DNA of 64,000 bases from an uncultured Acidimicrobiia bacterium (GCA_963835005.1 CAWIEA010000009.1:444435-508434), one strand, 5' to 3'. Positions 29,911 to 39,255 are shown, counted from the stretch's first letter. Made by a program: numbers and translations. Notes: generated from the sequence alone by a model not told the origin.

Positions 29911-30569
29911 CCGTCGCGCTCGTCACCGGCACCGGCACCGAGGTCGGCAAGACCTGGTGGGCACGCGCCACGCTCGACCTGCTCCGCGCCGACGGTATCG
30001 CCGTCGCGGCCCGGAAGCCTGCGCAGTCGTACGAGTCGGACGAGCTCGGGGCCACCGACGCCGAGCTGCTCGGGCGGGCGAGCGGCGAGGACCCGAAGAC
30101 GGTGTGCCCGGCCCACCGCTGGTACCCGGTGGCGATGGCTCCACCCATGGCCGCGGACGTCCTCGGGCTCGCGCGCTTCACGATCGGGGAGCTCGCCGGG
30201 GAGGTCGTGCCGGCTCCCAACGCCGCGGTCATGCTCGTCGAGGGCGCCGGCGGGCCGTGCTCGCCCCTTGCGTTCGACGGCGACAGCGTCGCCCTCGGCC
30301 GGGCCCTCACCGTCGACACGGTCGTCCTCGTGGCACCCGCCGGGTTGGGGACGATCAACGCGGTGCGGCTGTCCGCCGCGGCATTCGCCCCCGGCACCGA
30401 CGGCGCGCCCCGGTTGCTCGTCTGCCTGAACCGGTTCGACGGCGACGACGACCTGCACCGCCGGAACCACGGCTGGCTCGCCGCCGACGGGTTCCACCTG
30501 GTGACCGACCCGGCCGAGCTGGCCGAGGAGCTGGTCCGCGACCACCCGACCGGGCCACGGATCTCGTAG
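29907..30569 (+). CDS. bioD: Dethiobiotin synthase
   Basis: GTGA overlap with bioF. It has the GTGTEVGKT P-loop and LVEGAGG. Confidence 0.85.
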   Translation: MTVALVTGTGTEVGKTWWARATLDLLRADGIAVAARKPAQSYESDELGATDAELLGRASGEDPKTVCPAHRWYPVAMAPPMAADVLGLARFTIGELAGEVVPAPNAAVMLVEGAGGPCSPLAFDGDSVALGRALTVDTVVLVAPAGLGTINAVRLSAAAFAPGTDGAPRLLVCLNRFDGDDDLHRRNHGWLAADGFHLVTDPAELAEELVRDHPTGPRIS

Positions 30570-30587
30570 TCGCAGCCGGGTCAGAAG

Positions 30588-30632
30588 CCGGAATCCGCAA
30601 TGTCGCCCGTTGTTTGCGACGGATTCCCTTGC
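30588..30632. promoter_or_regulatory. Candidate operator upstream of the Lrp regulator/aminotransferase pair
   Basis: CCGGAATCCGCAA (30588-30600) faces TTGCGACGGATTCCCTTGC (30614-30632). This is an imperfect inverted repeat sharing GACGGATTCC and GGA(A/T)TCCCTTGC with 24451-24508. Confidence 0.45.
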
Positions 30633-30677
30633 TTCGCTCGTCACCGTCACGCAAGACTCGGGCGACCGGGAGGGCCG

Positions 30678-31172
30678 ATGACCACCAGCCGACGGAGTGG
30701 CGAGCGTACCGGGACCGAGCGTGCGGTGGTCATCGACGACGTCGACAAGGCGATCATCGAGCAGCTCCAGCAGGACGGTCGCCTGCCGTACACGAAGCTC
30801 GGCGCCGCGGTCGGGCTGTCGGAGGCCGCGGTCCGCCAGCGCGTGCAGCGCCTCGTCGAGTCCGGGGTCGTGCAGATCGTCGCGGTGACCGATCCGCTCA
30901 CGCTCGGGTTCCGGCGCGAGGCGATGATCGGCCTGAAGATCGAGGGCGACCTCCGCGGTGTCGCCGACACGATCGCCTCCATCCCCGAGGTCTCCTACGT
31001 CGTCGTGGTCAGCGGCTCGTTCGACCTCCTCATGGAGGTGGTCTGCGAGGACGACGACCACCTGCTCGCGCTGCTGAACGACAAGGTGCGCTCGATCCCG
31101 GGCGTGCGCAGCACCGAGACCTTCACCTATCTCCGTCTCTACAAGCAGACCTACGCATGGGGTACCCGATAG
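30678..31172 (+). CDS. Lrp/AsnC family transcriptional regulator
   Basis: It has a helix-turn-helix (IIEQLQQDGRLPYTKLGAAVGLSEAAVRQRVQRL) followed by a RAM/AsnC_trans_reg domain. Confidence 0.85.
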   Translation: MTTSRRSGERTGTERAVVIDDVDKAIIEQLQQDGRLPYTKLGAAVGLSEAAVRQRVQRLVESGVVQIVAVTDPLTLGFRREAMIGLKIEGDLRGVADTIASIPEVSYVVVVSGSFDLLMEVVCEDDDHLLALLNDKVRSIPGVRSTETFTYLRLYKQTYAWGTR

Positions 31173-32563
31173 TGGACGCACACCCGAAGCACACGTACGA
31201 CAGCGACCGCCTCCACGAGCAGGCGCGCCGCCACCTCTGGATGCACTTCAGCCGGCTCGGCTCGTTCGACGCGACCGACGTGCCGATCATGGCCGAGGGC
31301 GAGGGCTGCTTCCTCTGGGACGCGAAGGGCAACCGCTACCTCGACGCGCTGTCCGGTCTGTTCACCGTGCAGCTCGGCCACGGGCGGGAGGACCTGGCCG
31401 AGACGGCACGCGAGCAGGCGAGCACGCTCGAGTACTTCCCGATCTGGAACTACGCGCACCCGCCCGCGATCGAGCTCGCGGCCAAGCTCGCGGACCTCGC
31501 GCCCGGCGACCTCAACCGCGTGTTCTTCACCACCGGTGGGTCCGAGGCCGTCGAGTCCGCGTGGAAGCTCGCGCGGCAGTACTTCCGCGCGGTCGGTCAG
31601 CCCGGCCGCTACAAGGTCATCGCCCGCGAGACCGCGTACCACGGCACGACGATGGGCGCGCTCGCGATCACCGGCGTCCCGGCGCTGCGCGAGGCGTTCG
31701 AGCCGCTGACGCCCGGCACCTCGCACGTGATGAACACGAACCGCTTCCGGCACCGCCTCGAGGACGACGAGGCGGCGTTCTCCGAGGTCGCCACCGACGC
31801 CATCGAGGCGCGCATCCTGGCGGAGGGACCGGAGACCGTGGCGGCGGTGTACCTCGAGCCCGTGCAGAACGCGGGCGGGTGCTTCGTGCCACCGGCCGGC
31901 TACTTCCAGCGCGTGCGCGAGATCTGCGACCGCCACGGCGTGCTGCTCGTCTCCGACGAGGTCATCTGCGCGTTCGGCCGGCTCGGGTCGATGTTCGGGG
32001 CCGAGCGCTACGGCTACCAGCCCGACATGATCACGTGTGCGAAGGGGCTCACCAGCGGCTACTCGCCGCTCGGCGCGGTGATCTGTCGCGACTTCCTCGC
32101 CGAGCCCTTCCTCTCGGGGACCGAGACCTTCCTGCACGGCCTCACGTTCGGCGGCCACCCGGTCAGCTGCGCGGTCGGGCTGCGCAACCTCGAGCTGTTC
32201 GAGGAGGAGGGGATCCTCGAGCACGTCCGGGCCAACGAAGCCGAGTTCCGCGGCCGGATCGAGAGCCTGCGCGAGGTTCCCATCGTGGGCGACGTCCGCG
32301 GCGCGGGCTACTTCCTCGCGCTCGAGCTGGTGGCGGACCCCGACACCCGCGCCCGGTTCACCAAGGAGCAGGCCTCCGACCTGCTGCGCGGCTTCCTCGC
32401 GCCGCGCCTCTACGAGGCCGGACTCATCGCCCGCACCGACGACCGCGGCGACCCGGTGGTGCAGCTCTCGCCCCCGTTGATCGCCGGGCCCGAGGAGTTC
32501 GCGACCATCGAGACCACGTTGCGCACCTGCCTCACCGAGGCCTGGAAGCGCTCCCAGGCGTGA
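31157..32563 (+). CDS. Omega-amino acid/polyamine:pyruvate-type class III aminotransferase
   Basis: 468 aa, with FLWDAKGNRYLDALSGLFTVQLGHGR, SDEVICAFGRLG and CAKGLTSGY. It overlaps the Lrp gene by 16 nt. Confidence 0.8.
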   Translation: MGYPIVDAHPKHTYDSDRLHEQARRHLWMHFSRLGSFDATDVPIMAEGEGCFLWDAKGNRYLDALSGLFTVQLGHGREDLAETAREQASTLEYFPIWNYAHPPAIELAAKLADLAPGDLNRVFFTTGGSEAVESAWKLARQYFRAVGQPGRYKVIARETAYHGTTMGALAITGVPALREAFEPLTPGTSHVMNTNRFRHRLEDDEAAFSEVATDAIEARILAEGPETVAAVYLEPVQNAGGCFVPPAGYFQRVREICDRHGVLLVSDEVICAFGRLGSMFGAERYGYQPDMITCAKGLTSGYSPLGAVICRDFLAEPFLSGTETFLHGLTFGGHPVSCAVGLRNLELFEEEGILEHVRANEAEFRGRIESLREVPIVGDVRGAGYFLALELVADPDTRARFTKEQASDLLRGFLAPRLYEAGLIARTDDRGDPVVQLSPPLIAGPEEFATIETTLRTCLTEAWKRSQA

Positions 32564-32651
32564 GCGCAGCGGAACGTCGTCGCGCTCGCAGCCGATCAAT
32601 GAGCGAGCGGGGCCCCAGCGGCCCGACCCGTCAGGACCGAGAGCGGGAAGG
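32562..32651 (+). repeat. Intercistronic repeat element, copy C (first unit upstream of ald)
   Basis: It starts inside the aminotransferase stop (GTGAGCGCAGCGG). It ends GAGAGCGGGAAGG, directly before CTG 32652, which corresponds to the ATG of the other copies. Confidence 0.85.
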
Positions 32652-32703
32652 CTGACCGTGCCGGACACCGCACCGGTTGTCGGCATCCCGCGTGCGCGTG
32701 CCA

Positions 32704-32793
32704 GAGCGAAGCGGCGATCGACGACGCCAACGGCCGCGCGGGGAGCGGAGCGTGGCCCGAGCGGCCCGGCCCGCAGGGCCGAGAGCGGGAGAG
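32704..32793 (+). repeat. Intercistronic repeat element, copy B (second unit, directly before ald ATG)
   Basis: GAGCGAAGCGG...GGAGCGGAGCGTGGCCCGAGCGGCCCGGCCCGCAGGGCCGAGAGCGGGAGAG then ATG 32794. It lies 142 nt downstream of the equivalent positions of copy C. Confidence 0.9.
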
Positions 32794-33934
32794 ATGACCT
32801 CCAGCAACCAAATGCTCGTTGTCGGCATCCCGCGTGAGACGAAGGACGGCGAGCACCGGGTCGCGATCACGCCGGACGGTGTGCACGAGCTGACGTCGCA
32901 CGGCGTGACCGTGCTCGTGGAGCACGACGCGGGCGCTGACTCCGCCATCACCGACGCCGAGTACCGAGCCGTCGGCGCCGAGATCGTCGGGGTGGCGGCC
33001 GACGTCTGGTCCCGCGCCGGCATGGTCTTGAAGGTCAAGGAGCCCCAGGGCGACGAGCTCGCGATGCTGCGGCCCGGTCTCGTCCTGTTCACCTACCTCC
33101 ACCTGGCCGCGTACCCCGAGGTCGCCGACGCGCTGCTCGAGCACGACGTCACCGGCATCGCGTACGAGACCGTGCAGCCCGACGACAGCTCGCTGCCGCT
33201 GCTCGCGCCGATGAGCGAGGTCGCGGGACGCATGGCCACCCAGGTCGGTGCCCGGTTCCTCGAACGCGAGCTGGGCGGACGGGGCGTGCTGCTCGGCGGC
33301 GTCCCCGGTGTCCGCCCGGCGCGGCGTCGTCGTGCTCGGCGCGGGCAACGTCGGATGGAACTCGGCCTGGATCGCGCAGGGCATGGAAGCCGAGGTCCTC
33401 CTGCTGGACAAGAACCTCGACCGGCTGCGCTTCGTCGATCAGATCCACCAGGGCCGCATCGTGACGCTCGCGAGCAACCGCGGCGCGGTGGCGCGCGCCG
33501 TGGCGGACGCCGATCTGGTGATCGGGGCGGTGCTGGTGCCGGCCGGACGCGCGCCGGTCGTCGTCACCGAGGACATGGTACGGACGATGAAGCCGGGTGC
33601 GGTGATCGTCGACGTCGCGGTCGACCAGGGCGGGTGCATCGCGACCACGCACGAGACGACGCACCACGACCCGGTGTACGAGCACTACGGCGTCGTTCAC
33701 TACGCGGTCGGCAACATGCCGGGCGCGGTGCCGTTCACGTCGACCTACGCGCTCACGAACGCGACGCTCCCGTACGCGCTCAATCTGGCGACGCACGGGC
33801 TGCGCGACGCGGTCGCGACCGATCCTGCGCTCGCGCTCGGGGTCAACACCGTGACCGGGTCGGTGGTCCACCCGATCGTGGCCGACGCCCTCGACCGGCC
33901 GCACGTCCCGCTCGCCGAGGCGCTCGGCTCCTGA
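32794..33934 (+). pseudogene. ald: Alanine dehydrogenase, frame broken near 33321
   Basis: The N-terminal half reads MLVVGIPRETKDGEHRVAITP...PLLAPMSEVAGRMA. The C-terminal half reads VVVLGAGNVGWNSA...HYAVGNMPGAVP and is in ORF 33248..33934. An alternative start is ATG 32812. Confidence 0.85.
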
Positions 33935-33949
33935 CGCAGAGAACCGAGG

Positions 33950-33990
33950 GGCGGTGGGCCCGACCGGGGGGATTGGCCGGCCCCACCGCC
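33950..33990 (+). terminator. Hairpin after ald (terminator candidate)
   Basis: GGCGGTGGG (33950-33958) pairs with CCCACCGCC (33982-33990). There is no U-tract. Confidence 0.4.
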
Positions 33991-34111
33991 GCTCGGCGGA
34001 ACGTGTGCGAGGCCATCGTCGCCGCGCGAGGTCACGGCGACGCGACGGCTCCGTGAACGCAGCGCGAACGGAACCGGATGGGACGGCGTGGTCAGGCAGC
34101 CGTCAGGGGGC

Positions 34112-34294
34112 TTACTTCGAGGGCGGCGCTTCCGACTCGTGGAGCGCGTCGAAGACCTCTTCGCGATGCACTTCGACCTCGCGAGGGGCCTTGATGCCGA
34201 TGCGAACCTGCTCGCCTCGCACCTCGAGGACGGTCACCACGATGTCGGTCCCGATCATGATGCTCTGGTTGGATCGCCGTGTGAGCACGAGCAC
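34112..34294 (-). CDS. csrA: Carbon storage regulator CsrA
   Basis: 60 aa: (V)[47 protein letters not shown], which is canonical CsrA. It has a GTG start and a GGAAGGAG Shine-Dalgarno. Confidence 0.9.
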   Translation of the reverse strand: MLVLTRRSNQSIMIGTDIVVTVLEVRGEQVRIGIKAPREVEVHREEVFDALHESEAPPSK

Positions 34295-34398
34295 CCGGGA
34301 TACTCCTTCCGTGGAACGAAGTTCCGCCCGCCGGTCAGCATAAAGCCGCCGTCCTGCGGTGACGCGGATGTCAGTCCGTCCGCTTGCGCCCAGTTGCG

Positions 34399-35079
34399 CT
34401 AGAGCAAACCGCCCGCAACGGCGCGACCGAGTGCCTCGTTGCGGTTCTTCGCACCGAGCTTGGCGTAGATGTGCGCGAGGTGCGTCTTCACCGTCGGCAA
34501 CGACACGAACAGCGACGACGCGATCTCGCGGTTCGAGTGACCTTCCGCGAGGAGCACGAGCACTTCGCGTTCGCGATCGGTCAGCGCGCTCGCAGCCTCG
34601 GTCGGATCCTCCGCCTCGCCGTCGCCGGTGAGCACGGCAGGGTCGACGACGCGCTCGCCCGCGCCGACCCTCCGCACCGCGGCGACGAGTCCGACACCAT
34701 CGGTCGACCGCGGGACGAGCGCTTCGACGTCGAGGCTCAGCAGCTCCGCGATCGCCTCCGGCGCGGCGCGGCCGAGCAGGACGACCAGTCGCGGCGGCTC
34801 CGGGCGCGCCCGCAGACGGCGCACCACCTCGACGAGCGGCAGGTCCGGCAGCGACCCCAGCACGACGACCCCCGGCTCGTGGCGAGCGGCGAGCTCCGTG
34901 AGCTCGGTCCCGTCGCCGGTCTCGGCCCGCACCTCGAGCTCCGCGCCCTGCAACACCGCCACGACCCCGGCCCGCAGCAACGGCGTCCCGTCCGCGACGA
35001 CGCAGACCAGCGGATCCGGGGGCACCCGCGGATCGTACCTACGCGCCTTCGTTCCCCCGCGCCGTTCGCGTTCGTCCAC
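34399..35079 (-). CDS. NarL/LuxR-family response-regulator-like protein with degenerate receiver domain
   Basis: The C-terminal LuxR helix-turn-helix is [40 protein letters not shown]. In the receiver-like N-domain, the expected phospho-Asp position reads [11 protein letters not shown]. The start is GTG 35079 or GTG 35025. Confidence 0.8.
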   Translation of the reverse strand: MDERERRGGTKARRYDPRVPPDPLVCVVADGTPLLRAGVVAVLQGAELEVRAETGDGTELTELAARHEPGVVVLGSLPDLPLVEVVRRLRARPEPPRLVVLLGRAAPEAIAELLSLDVEALVPRSTDGVGLVAAVRRVGAGERVVDPAVLTGDGEAEDPTEAASALTDREREVLVLLAEGHSNREIASSLFVSLPTVKTHLAHIYAKLGAKNRNEALGRAVAGGLL

Positions 35080-35127
35080 CTGTCGGTCACTGTGACCGGG
35101 AAGTGGACGAATGCGGGTGGACGTTGG

Positions 35128-35200
35128 TGGGCCGCCCGGGACTCGAACCCGGAACCAACGGGTTAAAAGCCCGCTGCTCTGCCAGTTGAGCTAGCGACCC
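35128..35200 (-). tRNA. tRNA-Lys (anticodon TTT)
   Basis: A 73-nt cloverleaf. The acceptor GGGTCGC pairs with GCGGCCC, the anticodon loop is CTTTTAA and the T-loop is TTCGAGT. CCA is not encoded. Confidence 0.9.
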
Positions 35201-35229
35201 GCACCGGTCGCGGAAGCGACCGCATCAGG

Positions 35230-36426
35230 CTAGGTGGTGCCGAGCGCCTCGCGTGCGAGAACGCCGGCGCTCGGTTTCACGCACCGGTCGCGGTCGAGGA
35301 TGCCGAACGCGACGTCGTAGCCGTGGAGCCACTCGTAGTTGTCCACCGCGGTCCAGTGGAAGAAGCCGCGCACGTCGACGCCGCGGGCGATCGTGTCGTG
35401 GACGACGGCGAGCCCGCGCTCGATGTACTCGGCGCGCTCGGCGTCGTCGTCGGTGCCGATGCCGTACTCGGCGACGAGCAGCGGCGTGCCCGGAAGCTCC
35501 TGGTGCAAGCGGTCGAGGACCACACCGACACCTTCGGCCCAGATGCCGTAGCCGAGCGGCGACCGTGGGGCGCCCGGCGGGTGGATCGCGAGCTGCCCGC
35601 CCGCCACACCCATTCCCGCGTAGTACGAGAAGCCGATCAGGTCGAACGCGCCGGCGAGGTCGGGCCGCTCCACCGGCTCGCGCCCCCGGACCTGCAGCAC
35701 GCCGTCCCGGAACAGGCCGAGTCCGGGCGCCCAGAACAGCTCGTGCAGCACGGATGCGAACGAAGTCGTCGCCGGGTCGTCGTCCTGCTCGACGATCGCG
35801 GACAACCCGAAGATCGACGACACCGGCGCACCCGTCCCTCGCAGCCGTCTCGCGGCTTCGGCGCTCGCGAGCTGGATCGCCTCGTCCGCGGCGGCGAGCT
35901 CCGCACGGTCGTCGTGGTTCGGCGGGAAGCCACCGCCGCCGTAGTGGAGCCGGGCGTAGTAGTTCGTCTCGTTCACCGGCTGCCAGCCGCCCACGAGGTC
36001 ACCGAACGTCTCGGCGACGAAGTCCACGTGCCGCGCCCAGAGGTCGTGCGCGTCGGCGGCGAGGAAGCCACCCCGGTCCGCGAACCAGCGGGGGAGCGTG
36101 AAGTGGTGCAGCGACACCCACGGGGTGACCCCTGCGTCGCGCGCCGCCGCGAGCACGTCTCGGGAGTGGGCGACCACACCCGCGTCGTGCTCGCCCTCGG
36201 CCGGCTCGATCCGCGCCCACTCGATCGACAGCCGGTGCTGGGTCAGGCCCAGCCCGGCGAGGATCCCGAAGTCCTCGGCGTACCGGGTGGAGAACCCGTT
36301 CCCGTCGCCCGAGATCGGGGCACGGCCGGCCCGCTCCCAGTCCCACCAGTCCGAGGCCGGCGCGGCGCCCTCGCACTGCGTCGACGACGCCCCGGTGCCC
36401 CACAGGAACCCGTCCGGCCAGCGCAC
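35230..36426 (-). CDS. Glycoside hydrolase family 1 beta-glucosidase
   Basis: It has FLWGTGASSTQCEG, WQPVNETN (acid/base), LVAEYGIG (nucleophile region) and AVDNYEW. Confidence 0.85.
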   Translation of the reverse strand: MRWPDGFLWGTGASSTQCEGAAPASDWWDWERAGRAPISGDGNGFSTRYAEDFGILAGLGLTQHRLSIEWARIEPAEGEHDAGVVAHSRDVLAAARDAGVTPWVSLHHFTLPRWFADRGGFLAADAHDLWARHVDFVAETFGDLVGGWQPVNETNYYARLHYGGGGFPPNHDDRAELAAADEAIQLASAEAARRLRGTGAPVSSIFGLSAIVEQDDDPATTSFASVLHELFWAPGLGLFRDGVLQVRGREPVERPDLAGAFDLIGFSYYAGMGVAGGQLAIHPPGAPRSPLGYGIWAEGVGVVLDRLHQELPGTPLLVAEYGIGTDDDAERAEYIERGLAVVHDTIARGVDVRGFFHWTAVDNYEWLHGYDVAFGILDRDRCVKPSAGVLAREALGTT

Positions 36427-36478
36427 GGCCCGAGCATGACACCTCTCCTAACCTTGCGGCCGGAAGGGGAATCGCTTC

Positions 36479-38095
36479 GTGGCCACGACATCCAACGCAG
36501 GGGTGACACGCGCGGCCACGCGCATGGGTGCCGCGACCGCGCTCTCCCGCACCATCGGCTTCGCCCGGGTGTGGATGATCGCCACGATCCTCGGCACCAC
36601 CTACCTCGGGAACACCTACCAAGCGTCCAGCTCGGTCTCGAACGTCCTCTTCGAGCTGCTCGCAGCCGGCGCCCTGTCCGCCGTCCTCGTGCCGACGTTC
36701 GTCCACCACCTCGAGGCCGACGATCAGTCCGAGGCCGAGCGGCTGGCATCCGGCCTGCTCGGGGTCGCCCTCGTGGCGCTCGGCGTCGTCACCGTCATCT
36801 CGCTCTTCTTCGCGCCGCTGATCGCCGAGGCCCTCACGACCGGGGCGCCGAACGCCACCGTGCAGGCGCAGCAGGAGAGCCTCGCCACCTTCTTCCTCTG
36901 GTTCTTCATCCCCCAGGTCCTGCTCTACGGGTGGGGGACCGTCTCGACCGCGGTCCTCTACGCGCAGCGGCGGTTCGCGATCGCCGCCATCGCGCCCGTC
37001 GCCAACACGGTGGCGGTCGTCGCCTCACTCGTGATCTTCTGGCTGCTGCACGGCACGAACGGCGACCTCGACCTCACGCTGGCCGAGAAGCTGGTGCTGG
37101 CGGTCGGCGGGACGCTCGGCGTCGTCGGCTTCGTCGGCCTGCCGGCGGTCGCGGTGTGGCGGAGCGGCTTCAAGCTCCGGCCCCGGCTCATCCCGCGGGA
37201 CGACAAGCTGCGCGGCCTCATGCACCTCTCCGGGTGGGCGGTGCTGCAGCACGCCGGCATCGGCATCCTGCTCGCCGCCGCGCTCGTGCTCGGCAACCGC
37301 GTCGAGGGCGGCGTCGTCGCCTACCAGTTCGCGTTCGTGCTGTTCCTGGCGCCGTACACGATCTTCGCCCACCCGGTGCAGACCACGATCCAGAACGAGC
37401 TCGCCATCGACGCGAAGCGGGACGACAAGCCCGCGTTCGCGAAGGGCGTGCGCTGGGCGATGGACAGCATGGCGCTCCTGCTCCTGCCGGTCTCGGCCGC
37501 GTTCGTGGCGCTCGCCGACCCGGCGATGCGCGCCATCACCGTCGACACGCACCACGGCGACGTCAACCTCCTCGCCGCCGCGATCGCCTCGCTCGGGATC
37601 GGACTGCTGCCGTACGGGCTCTTCCTGCTCCTCGCCCGCGCCCTCTACGCCCGCGACGACAGCCGCACCCCGGCGATCGTCGCGCTCATCACCGCGTGCT
37701 TCGGGGCGGCCTGCATGGTCGTGCTCAGCTTCGCGACCCACGGCACCGGGCGCGTCCTTGCGCTCGGCTTCGGGCACAGCCTCGCCTACCTGCTCGGCTG
37801 CCTCGTCCTCGTGGTCATCCTCCGGCGCCGGCTCCGCCAGCCGCTGTTCCCGACCGCGCTCCCGCTCGCGCTCGTCACGTCGACCGTGCTCGGTGTCGCC
37901 GCGTGGGGCCTGTTCGAGGTGATCGGCACGACCGGCCGCGTCGTCACGATCCTCCTGCTCGTGGCAGTCGGCGTCGTCGGAGCGGCGATCTACATCGGGG
38001 TGCTGCGACTGGTCCGGGGTCAGGGGCTCCCGGTCGTACGAGCGTCCGCGGCCGCGACCCAGGCGGGGAGCGAGAACCCCGCACCGCGCAGCTGA
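36479..38095 (+). CDS. murJ: Lipid II flippase MurJ (MviN)
   Basis: 538 aa and polytopic. The MviN-type N-terminus reads AATALSRTIGFARVWMIATILGTTYLGNTYQ. Confidence 0.85.
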   Translation: MATTSNAGVTRAATRMGAATALSRTIGFARVWMIATILGTTYLGNTYQASSSVSNVLFELLAAGALSAVLVPTFVHHLEADDQSEAERLASGLLGVALVALGVVTVISLFFAPLIAEALTTGAPNATVQAQQESLATFFLWFFIPQVLLYGWGTVSTAVLYAQRRFAIAAIAPVANTVAVVASLVIFWLLHGTNGDLDLTLAEKLVLAVGGTLGVVGFVGLPAVAVWRSGFKLRPRLIPRDDKLRGLMHLSGWAVLQHAGIGILLAAALVLGNRVEGGVVAYQFAFVLFLAPYTIFAHPVQTTIQNELAIDAKRDDKPAFAKGVRWAMDSMALLLLPVSAAFVALADPAMRAITVDTHHGDVNLLAAAIASLGIGLLPYGLFLLLARALYARDDSRTPAIVALITACFGAACMVVLSFATHGTGRVLALGFGHSLAYLLGCLVLVVILRRRLRQPLFPTALPLALVTSTVLGVAAWGLFEVIGTTGRVVTILLLVAVGVVGAAIYIGVLRLVRGQGLPVVRASAAATQAGSENPAPRS

Positions 38096-38983
38096 TCCGC
38101 GAGCACCTGGTTCGGTCCGCGGAACCGTGCCGCGAGGTCGTCGCGCACGGCGTCGCTGATCCGGCTGCCCGGAGCCACACCGTTCAGCTTGAAGTAGAGA
38201 CCCCGCATCCGTCGCTTGACGCCCGGGAAGCGGCGGAACACCCGCTCGAAGCGATCGTTGACGCCGAGCGCGACACGCTGCCGCGCGCTTGCTCTTGTAC
38301 GCCATCGTCCGGTTCTCGGACGACAGCGCGTCGACCGGCAGCAGGAGCGGGTCGATCCCCATCCACGTCGCGGTGTCACGCAGCACACGTCCCGCGTCGC
38401 GCGTCAGATCGTCGAAGTCGATGATGAGCAATCGCTCGGAGCCGAACACCTCGAGCCATGCCGGCAGGAAGTCCGCGTACGTGCTGCCGCCCACGCCGAA
38501 CCAGCGCTCGTTCGCGGGGTCCCGGAAGTCCGCCTCGGTCAGCGAGTCCACGTGCGCGAGGTAGTCCTCGATCGGGAGATCGGACGGGATGCGCAGCCGC
38601 GCCTTCTGGTACTGGAAGAACGAGATGGTGCGCGCGACGGGCTCCCGGAGGACGAGGACGATGCGGGCACCGGGCAGCATCTCGTCCACCGCCCGGGCCA
38701 GCGACGCACCGCCGTAGAAGTGCGACGGCGTCGCCTCCAGCCGGACCGAGGTCGCGGGGGTGACGGTGAAGTAGCTGTCGTAGACGTCGGCCGGCGGGAT
38801 CGGCTTCCCGTACCGGGCCGGGAGGAAGAAGCGCGTCTCCTTCACCGCCGACGGCGCGACCCGGGGATGCTCCGAGAGCGAGACGAACAGCGAGGTGGTC
38901 CCGGCTTTGTTGACGCCGGCGATGAGGACGTCGGTCGGACGATCGGCCACGGACGCAGTTTCGCATCCGCACGTCAAGAACAT
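38020..38983 (-). pseudogene. Sulfotransferase family protein, frame broken near 38285
   Basis: It has a PAPS-binding GVNKAGTTSL motif and RIVLVLREPVAR. The C-terminus (RQRVALGVNDRFERVF...) is in ORF 38020..38388. The 3' end overlaps convergent murJ by 76 nt. Confidence 0.7.
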
Positions 38984-39070
38984 GTGAGGAAACGCCGCGG
39001 GCGGTCGCCGGACCGGCCCCGGGGCGCCGGGAAGGCGACTGCTAGGATGCGTTGCTTCTCAGAGGAGCGA

Positions 39071-39143
39071 GCCCCCATCGTCTAGTGGCCCAGGACGCCG
39101 CCCTTTCAAGGCGGTAACGGGGATTCGAACTCCCCTGGGGGCA
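39071..39143 (+). tRNA. tRNA-Glu (anticodon TTC)
   Basis: 73 nt, GCCCCCATCGTCTAGTGG...TGGGGGCA, with anticodon loop CTTTCAA. Confidence 0.9.
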
Positions 39144-39180
39144 CAGGCCACGGCATCGGTTCGCCGATGAGGTGGTGCAA

Positions 39181-39255
39181 GGTCCTGTGGTGCAGTTAGG
39201 AGTGCACGCCGCCCTGTCAAGGCGGAGGCCGCGGGTTCAAATCCCGTCAGGACCG
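39181..39255 (+). tRNA. tRNA-Asp (anticodon GTC)
   Basis: 75 nt. The acceptor GGTCCTG pairs with CAGGACC. The anticodon loop is CTGTCAA and the T-loop is TTCAAAT. Confidence 0.9.

Noticed and set aside
32704-32793. The repeat element as a riboswitch or structured leader RNA
   Set aside because: The best hairpin, GGCCC...GGGCC in copies B and E, is weakened or replaced in copies C and D, and I could see no compensatory changes. Conservation looks like DNA-level repeat homology.
34112-35200. tRNA-Lys with adjacent regulator and csrA as a possible integrated island
   Set aside because: I saw no integrase, no direct repeat of the tRNA 3' end and no compositional break by eye.
35323-38424. 1033-aa plus-strand ORF across the GH1 gene, murJ and the sulfotransferase
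   Set aside because: It is a shadow or out-of-frame read-through of real genes, since murJ lies in another frame on the same strand. Its composition is Arg/Pro/Gly-biased and it contains no recognisable domain.
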